Shown: positions 41,158 to 50,681 of the stretch, in pieces | Position numbering within the stretch: the stretch's first letter is position 1 | Layout: each line of letters opens with the position of its first letter | Assembly (NCBI GenBank): GCA_965204745.1 | Contig: OZ242010.1 | Location: 320,001 to 384,000 of the forward strand | Direction: 5' to 3' | Length of the DNA stretch: 64,000 bases | Origin: Candidatus Latescibacterota bacterium | GTDB lineage: Bacteria > Latescibacterota > UBA2968 | Translations under genes and position numbers: made by a program | Notes under the pieces: model-generated | The model's input: the letters and a program-made list of their open reading frames with translations, nothing else | What the model was told of the DNA's origin: nothing | Database searches by the model: none

Positions 41158-44100
41158 TTAAAATTTCATCCGCAAACCAAAGTGGAACTCGCGCGGCGAA
41201 TCCTGGAACCGCAGATAATCCCCCACATCGCCATAAGAGACGTATTCGGGATTGTCCGGCAATGGCGTGTAAATCACGCCCCATTCCACGTACTCGGCGC
41301 CCACTTCCACCAACTGGTTGTCCACGCGATAGCTGATGTGCGGGTCTTTCTGGTTGAACAGGTTGAACGATTCAAAAAAGATCGTCATGCTCGCACGCCG
41401 GTTGATGTTAAACGTCTTCTCGAAGTTGATATCAGTGCGCGTGTGAATCGGCCCGTTGAAAAATCCTTCACCGCCCTTTTCCGGCGGCGAATAGAAAAAC
41501 CTGCGCCCGGTGAACAAGCGGTACACCACGTTCAACCGCAAATTCTCAAAGGGCCGGAACCCCACAAACCGCGGCCCAAACGCCTTGGGAGACGAAAACA
41601 TAAACGTCACCGTGCCGAAGTTGGTGCGGTTCAAATTGGCAGGGCGAAACTCCTGAGATTGGTTGTTGCGCTGCAACCACGTCGACGCGCCTTTGCCATC
41701 CCAGTTGAGCAAGCTGTTTTCCTGATCCAGCGACCAGTTGTTGCGCCCGACGCCATCTTCGACCTGTTCGAGCTGATTGCGCGCTTGGCTACCAAACGCC
41801 TGCCCCCGTTGAAAGCGCGTAATCCCATCCATTGGCCGCGGGAACTCTTCGCCCGTGTCGTCGCCATTGACGATCCCTGGGCCATCGACGCCGTCGACGC
41901 CGGTAAAATCGCCATCGCCATTGGAATCCGCGGTCCACTCATACCAATAGTGCGACAAGAAATTGCCATTGTTGTCGATATAACCCGCGTAGTTGCCAAA
42001 GTTGGACGGGTTCTTCGTCGCCAGCCTGTCTGGATTGACATAGTGATGGCCGCGCACACCCGAGTTGCCATTTTCGACCCACTGCACGTTGTACGCTATC
42101 GTGAACGCGGTCATGTGGTTGAATTTCTTCTTCAGCGACAACTCAAAGCCGCGCGTGTCCCGGTTGTTCGTCTGGCCCGATGAATTTACCAACCTCTGAT
42201 GCTGCAAACCCTGAGATTGGTGGCGATAGCTACCACCACTGCGCCGGTTGACCTGTTGCTTGTAATACGCGGTCAGGCCCGCCGTGTAATCCGTGATGAA
42301 GTTCCAGTCCGCGCCCACTTCAAAACTCGTGGTGATCAGCGGCCTGAGCAACGGCCAACCCCACTGCCCGGCATCGACGACATCCTGCGTATTGTACAAC
42401 TCGGACTCGTCGATCCGACCATTCTGGTTCAAATCCAGAAAAGCCTCTTCGGTGCGATAGCTGTGCGAGAAAATCCACCAGAATTGCTCGATCTGCTCGA
42501 ACTTGCCAAACGTGAAGTGCATCGCACTGCTCTCTGTAATCGGATGCGACACCCCCACGCGCGGCGACAAGACGTGAATGGCCGGCGGGCGATAGGTCGG
42601 GATATTCTCGATCTTCGTGGGATCGTGATACTTGTACAGGGAAAGGAAATAGGCCGCCTGCGGCATCTCGGTGTTCGGGCTCCAGCGCAACCCGCGCAAG
42701 CCCACGTTCACCACAATGCCCTCGAACTCCATCTTGTCTTGGAAGTAAATCGAGTACTGGCGCGGCACAACCCCGACTTCGGGGTTGTTGAACTGGCTGT
42801 AATACCGGTCGATCAGGCCCCGAAAGTCGTTCTTGTTGCGGGAAAAGCCCCAGTTGTCGTAAAACAACATGTCGAACCCGGTTTTGATAAAGTGCCCCTT
42901 GGTCACTTGGCTCGAATAGTCGAACTTGATCTGGAGGCGATCCCGCTCGGAATTCGTCCAGTTCACCACCGGGCGACCGATGTAAAACCACCCCGATTCA
43001 TTGCCGATGCCCGGCTCCACGTAGGGCTGATCCGTGTTGACCGGCAATTCCGTATTCACCTCGGTCGTGCGCGAATACGACACGCGAATTTCGTAAAAGG
43101 TGCGCGCCGACAAGGTGTGCGTCAGCGACGCATAATTCATAAAATTGCGCGTTCGCAACTTGCCCGCCCCCGAGTATTCCGAGGGCACGAAGAGGTTGCG
43201 CCCCGAAGAATTCATATTCTTGCGCGACCCCTGCTCGATCCGCCGAATCACGCCCGCATTGTAGCGCGACCGCTGGTTGAACAGCGAACCGTAGTTAAAT
43301 TTGACGTTGCCACTCGGGCGATAGGTCAACTTCAAGTTCGTGCGGTTGTTGAACAGCGAGGTCGCGGTTGGCGCGGGCAATGACGACGGGTTGCGATTCA
43401 TCGAAGACGTCAACGTAAAGCCCATCTTTCTCACAATCGGCCCGCCGAGCATGGCCTCGCCGCGCCCGCCCCACACGCCCGTGTAGTCTTGGCGCACGTG
43501 AACTTTGCGCTGCACGTCATCAGCGGCAAATTCGGCATCGGTAATTTCCCCGGTTTCATTGCTGTGCCCCAAAATGCCATCTGCGCCGGGGAACCACGCT
43601 TGCAAGTTCTCCCATTCGCTGTTGCCCCACTGCATTCTGCCGCGATGCACGGGCGCCTCGTACACATTCGCGCCCCAGTGCTTCTGCCCCGGCGGCGTGA
43701 TGCGGTATTCCCCTCGGCCCGTGTATTTTTGACCGCCTTCTTTGGTCACCACGGAAACCACGGACCCGGCATTGCCGTACTCCGCATTCATCCCGCCGCT
43801 CAACACGGTCAATTCCTGCACCGCACTGGTATTCACACCTTCAAACCGCGTGAACCCGGCGCGCGCGTCATTGTTCACCACGCGCACCCCATCCACCATA
43901 TACGCGGTTTCCCAGAAGTTGCCCCCGCGCACGCTCTCTTCTTCATCCGGCGTCACGCCGGCCTGCAACTCCACAAAATCCGACATTTCGCGCACAATCG
44001 GCAACGACTCGATCTCTTCTGCGGTGATGACCGACTTGCTCTCGGTCTTGTCGTGCTCCACAGGCGGACGCTCCGCAACGACGATCATTTCGCCTAATTG

Positions 44101-44436
44101 CAGGGCTTCTTCCTGCATCTGAAAATTCACCGTCGTGGTATGGTCGACATTGATCACCACGCCCTGGCGCACGGACTTGGAATATCCCATCATCACGGTT
44201 TCGATATCATAGGTCCCAGGCGGGATGTTGATGATGAAATACTCCCCCTTCTCATCGGTGATCCCAGCGCGTTTCACGCCGTCGATGTCGATCACCACAT
44301 TGGCCCCGGGAAGCGGATCACCCGTAACCTCCGTGACCTTCCCGCTGATTTTACCCGTCGTGCCCGCATGCGCCAATCCCGTACAGATCAGCAACGCGCC
44401 CAACAAGCCCGAACAAAACAAGAATCGTTTGCCCAT
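41158..44436 (-). CDS. TonB-dependent receptor (CarboxypepD_reg domain, plug and barrel)
   Basis: TGKISGKV..PLPGANV, VRGG...YMVDG, SGGMNAEYG, SPRVGVSHPI, C-terminal Phe. Confidence 0.92.
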   Translation of the reverse strand: MGKRFLFCSGLLGALLICTGLAHAGTTGKISGKVTEVTGDPLPGANVVIDIDGVKRAGITDEKGEYFIINIPPGTYDIETVMMGYSKSVRQGVVINVDHTTTVNFQMQEEALQLGEMIVVAERPPVEHDKTESKSVITAEEIESLPIVREMSDFVELQAGVTPDEEESVRGGNFWETAYMVDGVRVVNNDARAGFTRFEGVNTSAVQELTVLSGGMNAEYGNAGSVVSVVTKEGGQKYTGRGEYRITPPGQKHWGANVYEAPVHRGRMQWGNSEWENLQAWFPGADGILGHSNETGEITDAEFAADDVQRKVHVRQDYTGVWGGRGEAMLGGPIVRKMGFTLTSSMNRNPSSLPAPTATSLFNNRTNLKLTYRPSGNVKFNYGSLFNQRSRYNAGVIRRIEQGSRKNMNSSGRNLFVPSEYSGAGKLRTRNFMNYASLTHTLSARTFYEIRVSYSRTTEVNTELPVNTDQPYVEPGIGNESGWFYIGRPVVNWTNSERDRLQIKFDYSSQVTKGHFIKTGFDMLFYDNWGFSRNKNDFRGLIDRYYSQFNNPEVGVVPRQYSIYFQDKMEFEGIVVNVGLRGLRWSPNTEMPQAAYFLSLYKYHDPTKIENIPTYRPPAIHVLSPRVGVSHPITESSAMHFTFGKFEQIEQFWWIFSHSYRTEEAFLDLNQNGRIDESELYNTQDVVDAGQWGWPLLRPLITTSFEVGADWNFITDYTAGLTAYYKQQVNRRSGGSYRHQSQGLQHQRLVNSSGQTNNRDTRGFELSLKKKFNHMTAFTIAYNVQWVENGNSGVRGHHYVNPDRLATKNPSNFGNYAGYIDNNGNFLSHYWYEWTADSNGDGDFTGVDGVDGPGIVNGDDTGEEFPRPMDGITRFQRGQAFGSQARNQLEQVEDGVGRNNWSLDQENSLLNWDGKGASTWLQRNNQSQEFRPANLNRTNFGTVTFMFSSPKAFGPRFVGFRPFENLRLNVVYRLFTGRRFFYSPPEKGGEGFFNGPIHTRTDINFEKTFNINRRASMTIFFESFNLFNQKDPHISYRVDNQLVEVGAEYVEWGVIYTPLPDNPEYVSYGDVGDYLRFQDSPREFHFGLRMKF

Positions 44437-44551
44437 ATACGACCCTCCGAAAAAAAGGTTGTGAGTGAAAATTCACCAGACGGATATGCAAAAAATATTA
44501 AACTCCGAACATACGGAAACCACGGGGCAGGCTTGGAAGTTGACAACTCAT

Positions 44552-45364
44552 TTAATCAAAATAGTATTTGAAACTCACGCCCGCATCCAAGGTCCCTATC
44601 GGAAATGCCTTGTTCAACCGCCACGAGGTCAAGGGGTTGATCTCGCCAAAAACCAGATTGTAGCGGATGCGGAAATCGAGCCCGTAGGACGCCCCCATCG
44701 ATCCCTCAATACCAGCACTCACGGGAATCGTCCAAGCAGTGCGCGTATCCTCTGTTGGCACCAACCCGTCCAACATCACCTGTCCGTTGATCACCCGACC
44801 GATGTCGTCTTTCTGATCCTCTGAAAAATTTTGCGTATTCCGAGTTGGGTCCGGATGCCCGGGATACACCAACAAAACCCGCAAGCCGCTCAGTGCATCG
44901 GGAATGGCTTGGGACGGATAGATCAAACCGCTGACCTTGTGGCTATAATCGTAAAACCCAAGCCCCAAGCCCAAATACGGCGACCATTTCCGCTCGGACA
45001 TCTGCTCGGCATTTTCCCGGAAAAACCACAGCCAATTCGAGGCGACGCTGTTCCACGTCATCTCTGAATCGGCCTCTGGGGTCGGCACCTGACGCCCCCC
45101 GATATAATTAAACGTGCGACCGGGAAGACTCGATCTTCCAAATTTTGAGTAGTGATATTCGACCTCTGTGGTCAGGCGCGGCGAAATCACGTAACTCACA
45201 TTCACGCCGAGCTTCAAATCGCCCGCGTACCATCCGTTCAAAGGACCCGTTGGCTGGTGGTACTGCACCAACCCGCCAACGGCCCACATGCCCGTGTCTC
45301 GGGCATCGACATAAGACGCAACGAGGAAAACCCCGGCGAACAAAATCAACGAAAATCGCTTCAA
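44552..45364 (-). CDS. Small outer-membrane beta-barrel protein (OmpA/OmpW-like)
   Basis: TTG start after GGAGG, signal peptide, SPYLGLGLG, aromatic C-terminus (KYYFD). Confidence 0.7.
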   Translation of the reverse strand: MKRFSLILFAGVFLVASYVDARDTGMWAVGGLVQYHQPTGPLNGWYAGDLKLGVNVSYVISPRLTTEVEYHYSKFGRSSLPGRTFNYIGGRQVPTPEADSEMTWNSVASNWLWFFRENAEQMSERKWSPYLGLGLGFYDYSHKVSGLIYPSQAIPDALSGLRVLLVYPGHPDPTRNTQNFSEDQKDDIGRVINGQVMLDGLVPTEDTRTAWTIPVSAGIEGSMGASYGLDFRIRYNLVFGEINPLTSWRLNKAFPIGTLDAGVSFKYYFD

Positions 45365-45767
45365 GCAGTACCTCCTTTGGTTTGGGGTAGATAAAAAGGA
45401 CAGAAAGAATAATACCGAATCCGCAACAACGCAAACAATTATTTTTTGCCTCAAAATGCTTTTTTGACCCCTCCCCGAAAACGAGTACCGGGGTTCGGGG
45501 GTAGGTCGAAAATTGTAAGCATACCTGAACTTGTCCATTAAGCAATGGGCTATAAATAATAACGTGCAAACGTTCTTGTCAACGAAAATTTTAGCCCCCC
45601 AACCCGGTCACTAAAGTAGAAAGTCCACCCGTTCCATCCCCCAAGCGGTTGATCTATCCGACCTCTATCCCCATCCCTCAAAAACGGCCGGTTATACCCC
45701 GATCCATTGATGAACTGACCTGAGAGACAGTCAGTTGTACCCATTCGCAGATTCGCTGGCCTGCCCA

Positions 45768-45893
45768 AAAGGCGATGTCGATGGTTCTGTCGAGGCCCTG
45801 CAAGACGCGCTCTTGCAAATCGAACACGAGGAAGTGCGCCTCTCGGTGATTCACCGCACTGTGGGCGCGATCTCCGAATCCGATATCGCGCTC
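45768..45893 (+). pseudogene. infB: Isolated ~42-codon fragment of translation initiation factor IF-2
   Basis: [42 protein letters not shown] is the conserved IF-2 domain III; no flanking infB sequence. Confidence 0.8.
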
Positions 45894-46884
45894 ACAAATC
45901 CAATATCTGATCGATGTCCGCTGCATTCAACTCGCGTTCAAAGCGCGGGCCATACTTGGCGACCACGCGAGAGGACACATACGTTGCGATCTTGGCCGCC
46001 TGCGCCGCGTCATAGCCGTGGGTGATGGCGAACAAATACGCCCCCGCAAACGCATCGCCCGCGCCATTCGTATCCACCGCATCCACCGCAAACCCAGGCG
46101 CACGCCATACATCCCCGCTATCGCACACCCACGCGCCACCCGCGCCCCGCGTGAGGGCCAGATGCCCGACCCGTCCGTTCAGCGCGTCAAAAGCCGCGGC
46201 TGTGCTCTCGGCATCCGCGAACATCCGCGCCTCATCTTCATTGCAAAACAGCACATCCACCCCCGCATCGACCAACGCCGCCATCCTGTGCTTAAACGCC
46301 GCCACAATGGACGGATCGCTCAAAGTCAGCGCGACCTTCGCACCGCGCTCCCGCGCCACCTGTTGCGCCACCTGCGCCGCTTCAAACCCATCCTCTGTTG
46401 CGACCAAATAGCCTTCGATATAAATATACCGGCTATCGGCGATCACCTCCGCCTCGATCTGCGCGGGACCGAACGCGCTCGTAATACCCAAAAACGTGTT
46501 CATCGTGCGGTCCGCATCCGCTGTAATCATCACCAAGCACTTGCCCGTAATCCCCTCCCCGCGTGCAGATGGATTGGACGCCACCCCGGCAGCGCGCAAA
46601 TCCCGCACGTAAAAATCCCCATCCGCATCTTTCGCCACCTTGCATGCGTAATACCCCCGGCCCCCGCAATTTGCCAACGCGATCATCGCATTCGCCGCGG
46701 ACCCGCCCGACGAACGCGCCAGCTCCTGCCCGCCCAATGCGCGAATCAACGCACGCTGCCGGTCTTCCCCAATCAGCGTCATCACCCCCTTGTCGATCCC
46801 CATCGCCTCAAAAAACGACGCCGCCACCCGATACTGAATATCCACCATCGCATGGCCCAACCCATACACATCGTATTGACGCAT
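45892..46884 (-). CDS. PfkB-family adenosine/inosine kinase
   Basis: [33 protein letters not shown]. Confidence 0.9.
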   Translation of the reverse strand: MRQYDVYGLGHAMVDIQYRVAASFFEAMGIDKGVMTLIGEDRQRALIRALGGQELARSSGGSAANAMIALANCGGRGYYACKVAKDADGDFYVRDLRAAGVASNPSARGEGITGKCLVMITADADRTMNTFLGITSAFGPAQIEAEVIADSRYIYIEGYLVATEDGFEAAQVAQQVARERGAKVALTLSDPSIVAAFKHRMAALVDAGVDVLFCNEDEARMFADAESTAAAFDALNGRVGHLALTRGAGGAWVCDSGDVWRAPGFAVDAVDTNGAGDAFAGAYLFAITHGYDAAQAAKIATYVSSRVVAKYGPRFERELNAADIDQILDL

Positions 46885-47058
46885 AACGTCTCCTGTCAGT
46901 TGTCAGTTGTCAGTCCGCCCCGCCGCTGGTGCGTGGGGAAAAATGCGAAACGCAAGACAAGGCGGTGGAGATGGCGTCAAAGATAGAAGCCATTAAGGCG
47001 GCGATTGAAGCCCTGCCCGAAGTGGACGAAGATATTGCGCGTGAAAATGTTCGCGGTT

Positions 47059-47667
47059 TTATTCGCAAATAACGACCAGTGTATTCTGAAAATGAGGCCA
47101 AAATCCATATAGAAATTTTTTCACAAAAAACTGTGGTACCAGCGAATAATTGCAATGGTGAAGTGCGATATTAGAAAACCCCTCGCGTTCCAATAACTGT
47201 GTTATCGCGGTCGGGGTAAAGTAACAAACGTGTTCAGGCCAAGGTTCTTTCTTCTTCAAAACACCGTGACGAAGCCAAAATAACAGCCCCAAAACATTTG
47301 GGGTGGTCAATATCAACCTGGATCCCTCCCGCAATAATTGACGAGCAGAACGCAAAAACAACCCCGGATTCTCAAGGTGTTCGATCACCTCACCTGCCAC
47401 AATCACGTCAAATTTTCCGGTTGATTTTGGCAGATTGTGGGCATCCCCTACAAGTGCTTTCATGCCTTTGTCGTTCAATTCTCGGACGCGCTTCTCGTTT
47501 ATATCCACACCGATCAAATTGTCTCCGAGCAAGTCGTGCAGATATTTGTGGAGTGCGGTTCCCGCTTTCCACTCTTGTTCAAAGCTATGATCGTCACCGC
47601 AACATCCGACGTGAAGGACTTTATGATTGGGTTACAGGTAGTTCAGAATGCAGTCGACGCGATTCAT
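47059..47667 (-). pseudogene. Class I SAM-dependent methyltransferase with a nonsense mutation at codon 12
   Basis: VLHVGC, GVDIN, GEVIEHL, TTPN; in-frame TAA at 47632-47634 where the duplicate at ~27450 has CAA. Confidence 0.8.
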
Positions 47668-47754
47668 TGTTTCTCCGTGGTTGGACGGATACCTCGCCAT
47701 TCGCGTTTATCTGTGTTTATCGGCAGTTGCCTTTCGCCTTTTCGCGTCTCACCG

Positions 47755-49323
47755 TCAGCCCCGCTTGGCGAGGATATTGTCCCACGGTTCGACGCCGCAC
47801 CGCTCGGCCCAGGCGTCGTAGAGGGCCGCGAGGTCAGCGACCACATCCGGATGGGCCTGTGCGCGGTCGTGGCGTTCGGATCGGTCGGCTTCGAGGTCGT
47901 AGAGCTCCCAATCGCCCGGGTAGCGTTTGACCAGTTTCCACTTGCCCTTGCGGATCGCGCCATTGCCCTCGTGTTCCCATATCAGATAGGGCTTTCCATT
48001 GTCCCGATTGTCGAAAATCGGGGTCAGGGACGCGCCTTCCAGCGGCAAAATGTCGCGTCCATTATGGGTTTCGGGATAGTCGGCAGCAGCGATGTCGAGA
48101 CACGTTGCCATCACATCGGTCAACTGCCCGGGTTGGTCGCGCAACGCGCCCTTATCCGCGATGCGATTGGGCCAATGGACGATAAAAGGCGTTGAAATCC
48201 CGCCTTCGTGAACCCAGTGTTTGTACAGGCGGAAGGGCGTGTTCGACACGTTTGCCCATGGCACGCCGTAGCTCTGGTAAGTGGTCTCGTCGCCCGGCAT
48301 CACAGTGGGATCATTGCCGCGTTGCACGGGACGACCATCGCGCGTGGTTGCAGGGGCTATCGCGCTTCTCCGCATCCTATTTCCCAACTCTTCGGCGCAA
48401 CCCCCATTATCGGCCAAAAAGATGATCAGGGTATTGTCTAATTGCCCGCTCTCTTCGAGGGCTTGGACGATGCGCCCAATGCCTTGATCCATGCGATCAA
48501 CCTGCGCGGCATAAACTTCCATGCGCCGCTGTTGCCACGCCTTGTTCTCGGCGTCTTCCCACGGCACTTGCGAGGGATCGCGGTCGCTCAATCCCCATTC
48601 GGGTTTCAAAATGCCCATCTCGCGCATGCGCGCCAACCGCTCTTCGCGCAACTTATCCCAACCCGCGGCGAATCGCCCGTTGTATTTTTCGATGTCTTCC
48701 TCGTGTGCGTGCAAGGGCCAGTGCGGCGCGGTATAGGCCGTGTACAAAAAGAAGGGTTGATCCCTATTTGCCCGCGCATGCGCTCGGATGTAATCCGCCG
48801 CGTGATCGCTGATGGCATCGGTCAAAAAGAAATCCTCCGGGAACTCATCCACCGAAATTTGCTCGTTGTCTCGCGTCAGGGTTTGCGGCTTCCAATAATT
48901 GGCCGCGCCGGTAATGATGCCAAAAAAGCGGTCAAACCCGCGCTGGCAGGGCCAACTGTGCTTGGGTCCCTCTGCATCCGCATGCCGCGTGATGTGCCAC
49001 TTGCCGCTCATGTAGGTCGCGTAGCCCGCGGTCTTGAGCACTTCGGCAATGGTCACGCTTTGAAAATTCAAATCGCCGCGATACCCCTCGTACTCCCGAT
49101 CATCCATCATGTGGCCCACGCTGGCTTGGTGCGGATGCAACCCGGTCAGCAGAGACGCCCGCGTGGGACAGCACCGCGCCGTGTTGTAAAATTGCGTGAA
49201 CCGCAACCCATTGCCCGCCAGCTTGTCCAAATTGGGCGTGTGGATTTCGCCGCCGTAACACCCGATATCGGAATAGCCCATATCGTCGTTCATAATCAAC
49301 AAGATATTCGGTCGTTCTGCCAT
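47755..49323 (-). CDS. Arylsulfatase
   Basis: DDMGYSD, CCPTR, GKWH, APHWPLH, DNG, WELYDL. Confidence 0.95.
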   Translation of the reverse strand: MAERPNILLIMNDDMGYSDIGCYGGEIHTPNLDKLAGNGLRFTQFYNTARCCPTRASLLTGLHPHQASVGHMMDDREYEGYRGDLNFQSVTIAEVLKTAGYATYMSGKWHITRHADAEGPKHSWPCQRGFDRFFGIITGAANYWKPQTLTRDNEQISVDEFPEDFFLTDAISDHAADYIRAHARANRDQPFFLYTAYTAPHWPLHAHEEDIEKYNGRFAAGWDKLREERLARMREMGILKPEWGLSDRDPSQVPWEDAENKAWQQRRMEVYAAQVDRMDQGIGRIVQALEESGQLDNTLIIFLADNGGCAEELGNRMRRSAIAPATTRDGRPVQRGNDPTVMPGDETTYQSYGVPWANVSNTPFRLYKHWVHEGGISTPFIVHWPNRIADKGALRDQPGQLTDVMATCLDIAAADYPETHNGRDILPLEGASLTPIFDNRDNGKPYLIWEHEGNGAIRKGKWKLVKRYPGDWELYDLEADRSERHDRAQAHPDVVADLAALYDAWAERCGVEPWDNILAKRG

Positions 49324-49350
49324 GTGGAACTCCTTGTGGGAAGTGGAGGT

Positions 49351-49540
49351 GGGACCTATCCCCTAACCCCCTTCCTAGCAGGAAGGGGGAGCCTGGGTTT
49401 CTCGATAGATGAATGCAAGGGATATGGCGATGGCTTTGGCGCGTGTGGAGAAGGCCATGAAAAACCGCAAATTCCTCACTCAAGCCCTCGCAAAACCGAT
49501 CCTCGTTTCCCCCTTTCAAAGGGATAGAGGGATCAAAGGT
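49351..49540. repeat. MITE-like family C copy (diverged)
   Basis: GGGACCTATCCCCTAACCCCCTTCC...GGAAGGGGG start and a matching internal segment. Confidence 0.6.
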
Positions 49541-50399
49541 AGATCAGCACGCCGAGGGTGAGCAGCCATAGAGCGCAGGTGATCGAGAGGGGGGCGTCTC
49601 CCAAGATGGTCGAGGCGGGATTGCCGCCTTGGCTTTTTGTGTACATGAGGTAGAGGTAGCGCAGCATCCCGTAGATCACAAAGGGAATGGTGATGTTGAG
49701 GTGGTTGCTCCCGAGTTTTTCCATCACCTCGGGCGACATGGTATAAAGCGCGTAGGACACGAGCGCGCCCGCTGTGACAATGGCGATGACTTGATCGAGA
49801 AATTGGGGGGAATAGTCTTCGAGGATGCGACGGTGGTTGCGCGCCTCGGCCTTGAGCAACATGCGTTCTTGCCGGCGTTTGGCAAAGCACAGGAACAGCG
49901 CCAAGAGTACGGTGCAAAGGATGAACCACGAGGAAATGGAGACTTGAATGGCGACTGCCCCGCCAATGGCGCGTAGCAAAAACCCCATGGCGATGATCAT
50001 GACGTCGAGAATGACGACGTGTTTGAGATACAGGGTATAGGCGGCGTTCAGGCCCGCGTAAATGAGGAGCACGATGCCAAAATGGGGATGCGCGTAAAAT
50101 CCGCCACTTAGGGCGACGAGCGCGAACACAACCGCGGCGACGCTCGCGCTGGGAACGCGCAAGGCACCCGAGGCTATGGGCCGATGGCATTTTTGGGGAT
50201 GCTGGCGGTCGGATTCCCGATCCCGAATGTCGTTGAACAAGTACGCGGCGGCGGAGATCAGACAAAAACACGCAAAGGCCAGCCCGCTTCGCAACAGGTC
50301 GTCGGGTTCAAAAATGCGTTTGGCAAAAACGAGTGCGGCCAGCACAAAGACGTTTTTGAGCCATTCGTGCGGGCGCATCGCGCAGATGAGATGAGGCAT
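49533..50399 (-). CDS. UbiA-family decaprenyl-phosphate phosphoribosyltransferase-like protein
   Basis: RPHEWLKN, YLFNDIRD..DRQHP.K..RPIASG, KRRQE; multiple TM helices. Confidence 0.9.
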   Translation of the reverse strand: MPHLICAMRPHEWLKNVFVLAALVFAKRIFEPDDLLRSGLAFACFCLISAAAYLFNDIRDRESDRQHPQKCHRPIASGALRVPSASVAAVVFALVALSGGFYAHPHFGIVLLIYAGLNAAYTLYLKHVVILDVMIIAMGFLLRAIGGAVAIQVSISSWFILCTVLLALFLCFAKRRQERMLLKAEARNHRRILEDYSPQFLDQVIAIVTAGALVSYALYTMSPEVMEKLGSNHLNITIPFVIYGMLRYLYLMYTKSQGGNPASTILGDAPLSITCALWLLTLGVLIYL

Positions 50400-50681
50400 A
50401 CGGCAGTTGTCAGTTGTCAGTTGTCAGTTGTCAGTCCCCGCCCAACCCCCTTCGGTAAGAGGGGAGACGGGAGACGGGAGAGGGGAGAGGGTGGTCGCAC
50501 TATCCCGCTCAAGTCGTCAGTAGCCAGTAGGTCGGTCAGCCCACCTATCTCCAAGTTCCCGTAGGGACAGGCCCCTGTGCATGTTCTCAACACCGACCTC
50601 AAGTGGTCAGTCGTCAGTCCCACCCATCCCAACCATGCACCGTGCCTGCGCGTCAGTCAGGATCCCATTCGTCTCGTTGCC

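Noticed and set aside
38098-43383. Long plus-strand ORFs (723, 542 and 394 aa), and similar shadow ORFs at 33301, 35860, 52635, 59270 and 61133
   Set aside because: Antisense shadows of GC-rich genes with biased codon usage; no recognisable motifs.
47632-47634. Stop-codon recoding in the methyltransferase
   Set aside because: The stop is TAA, used as a normal stop throughout the window, and the duplicate has CAA, so this is a simple nonsense mutation.
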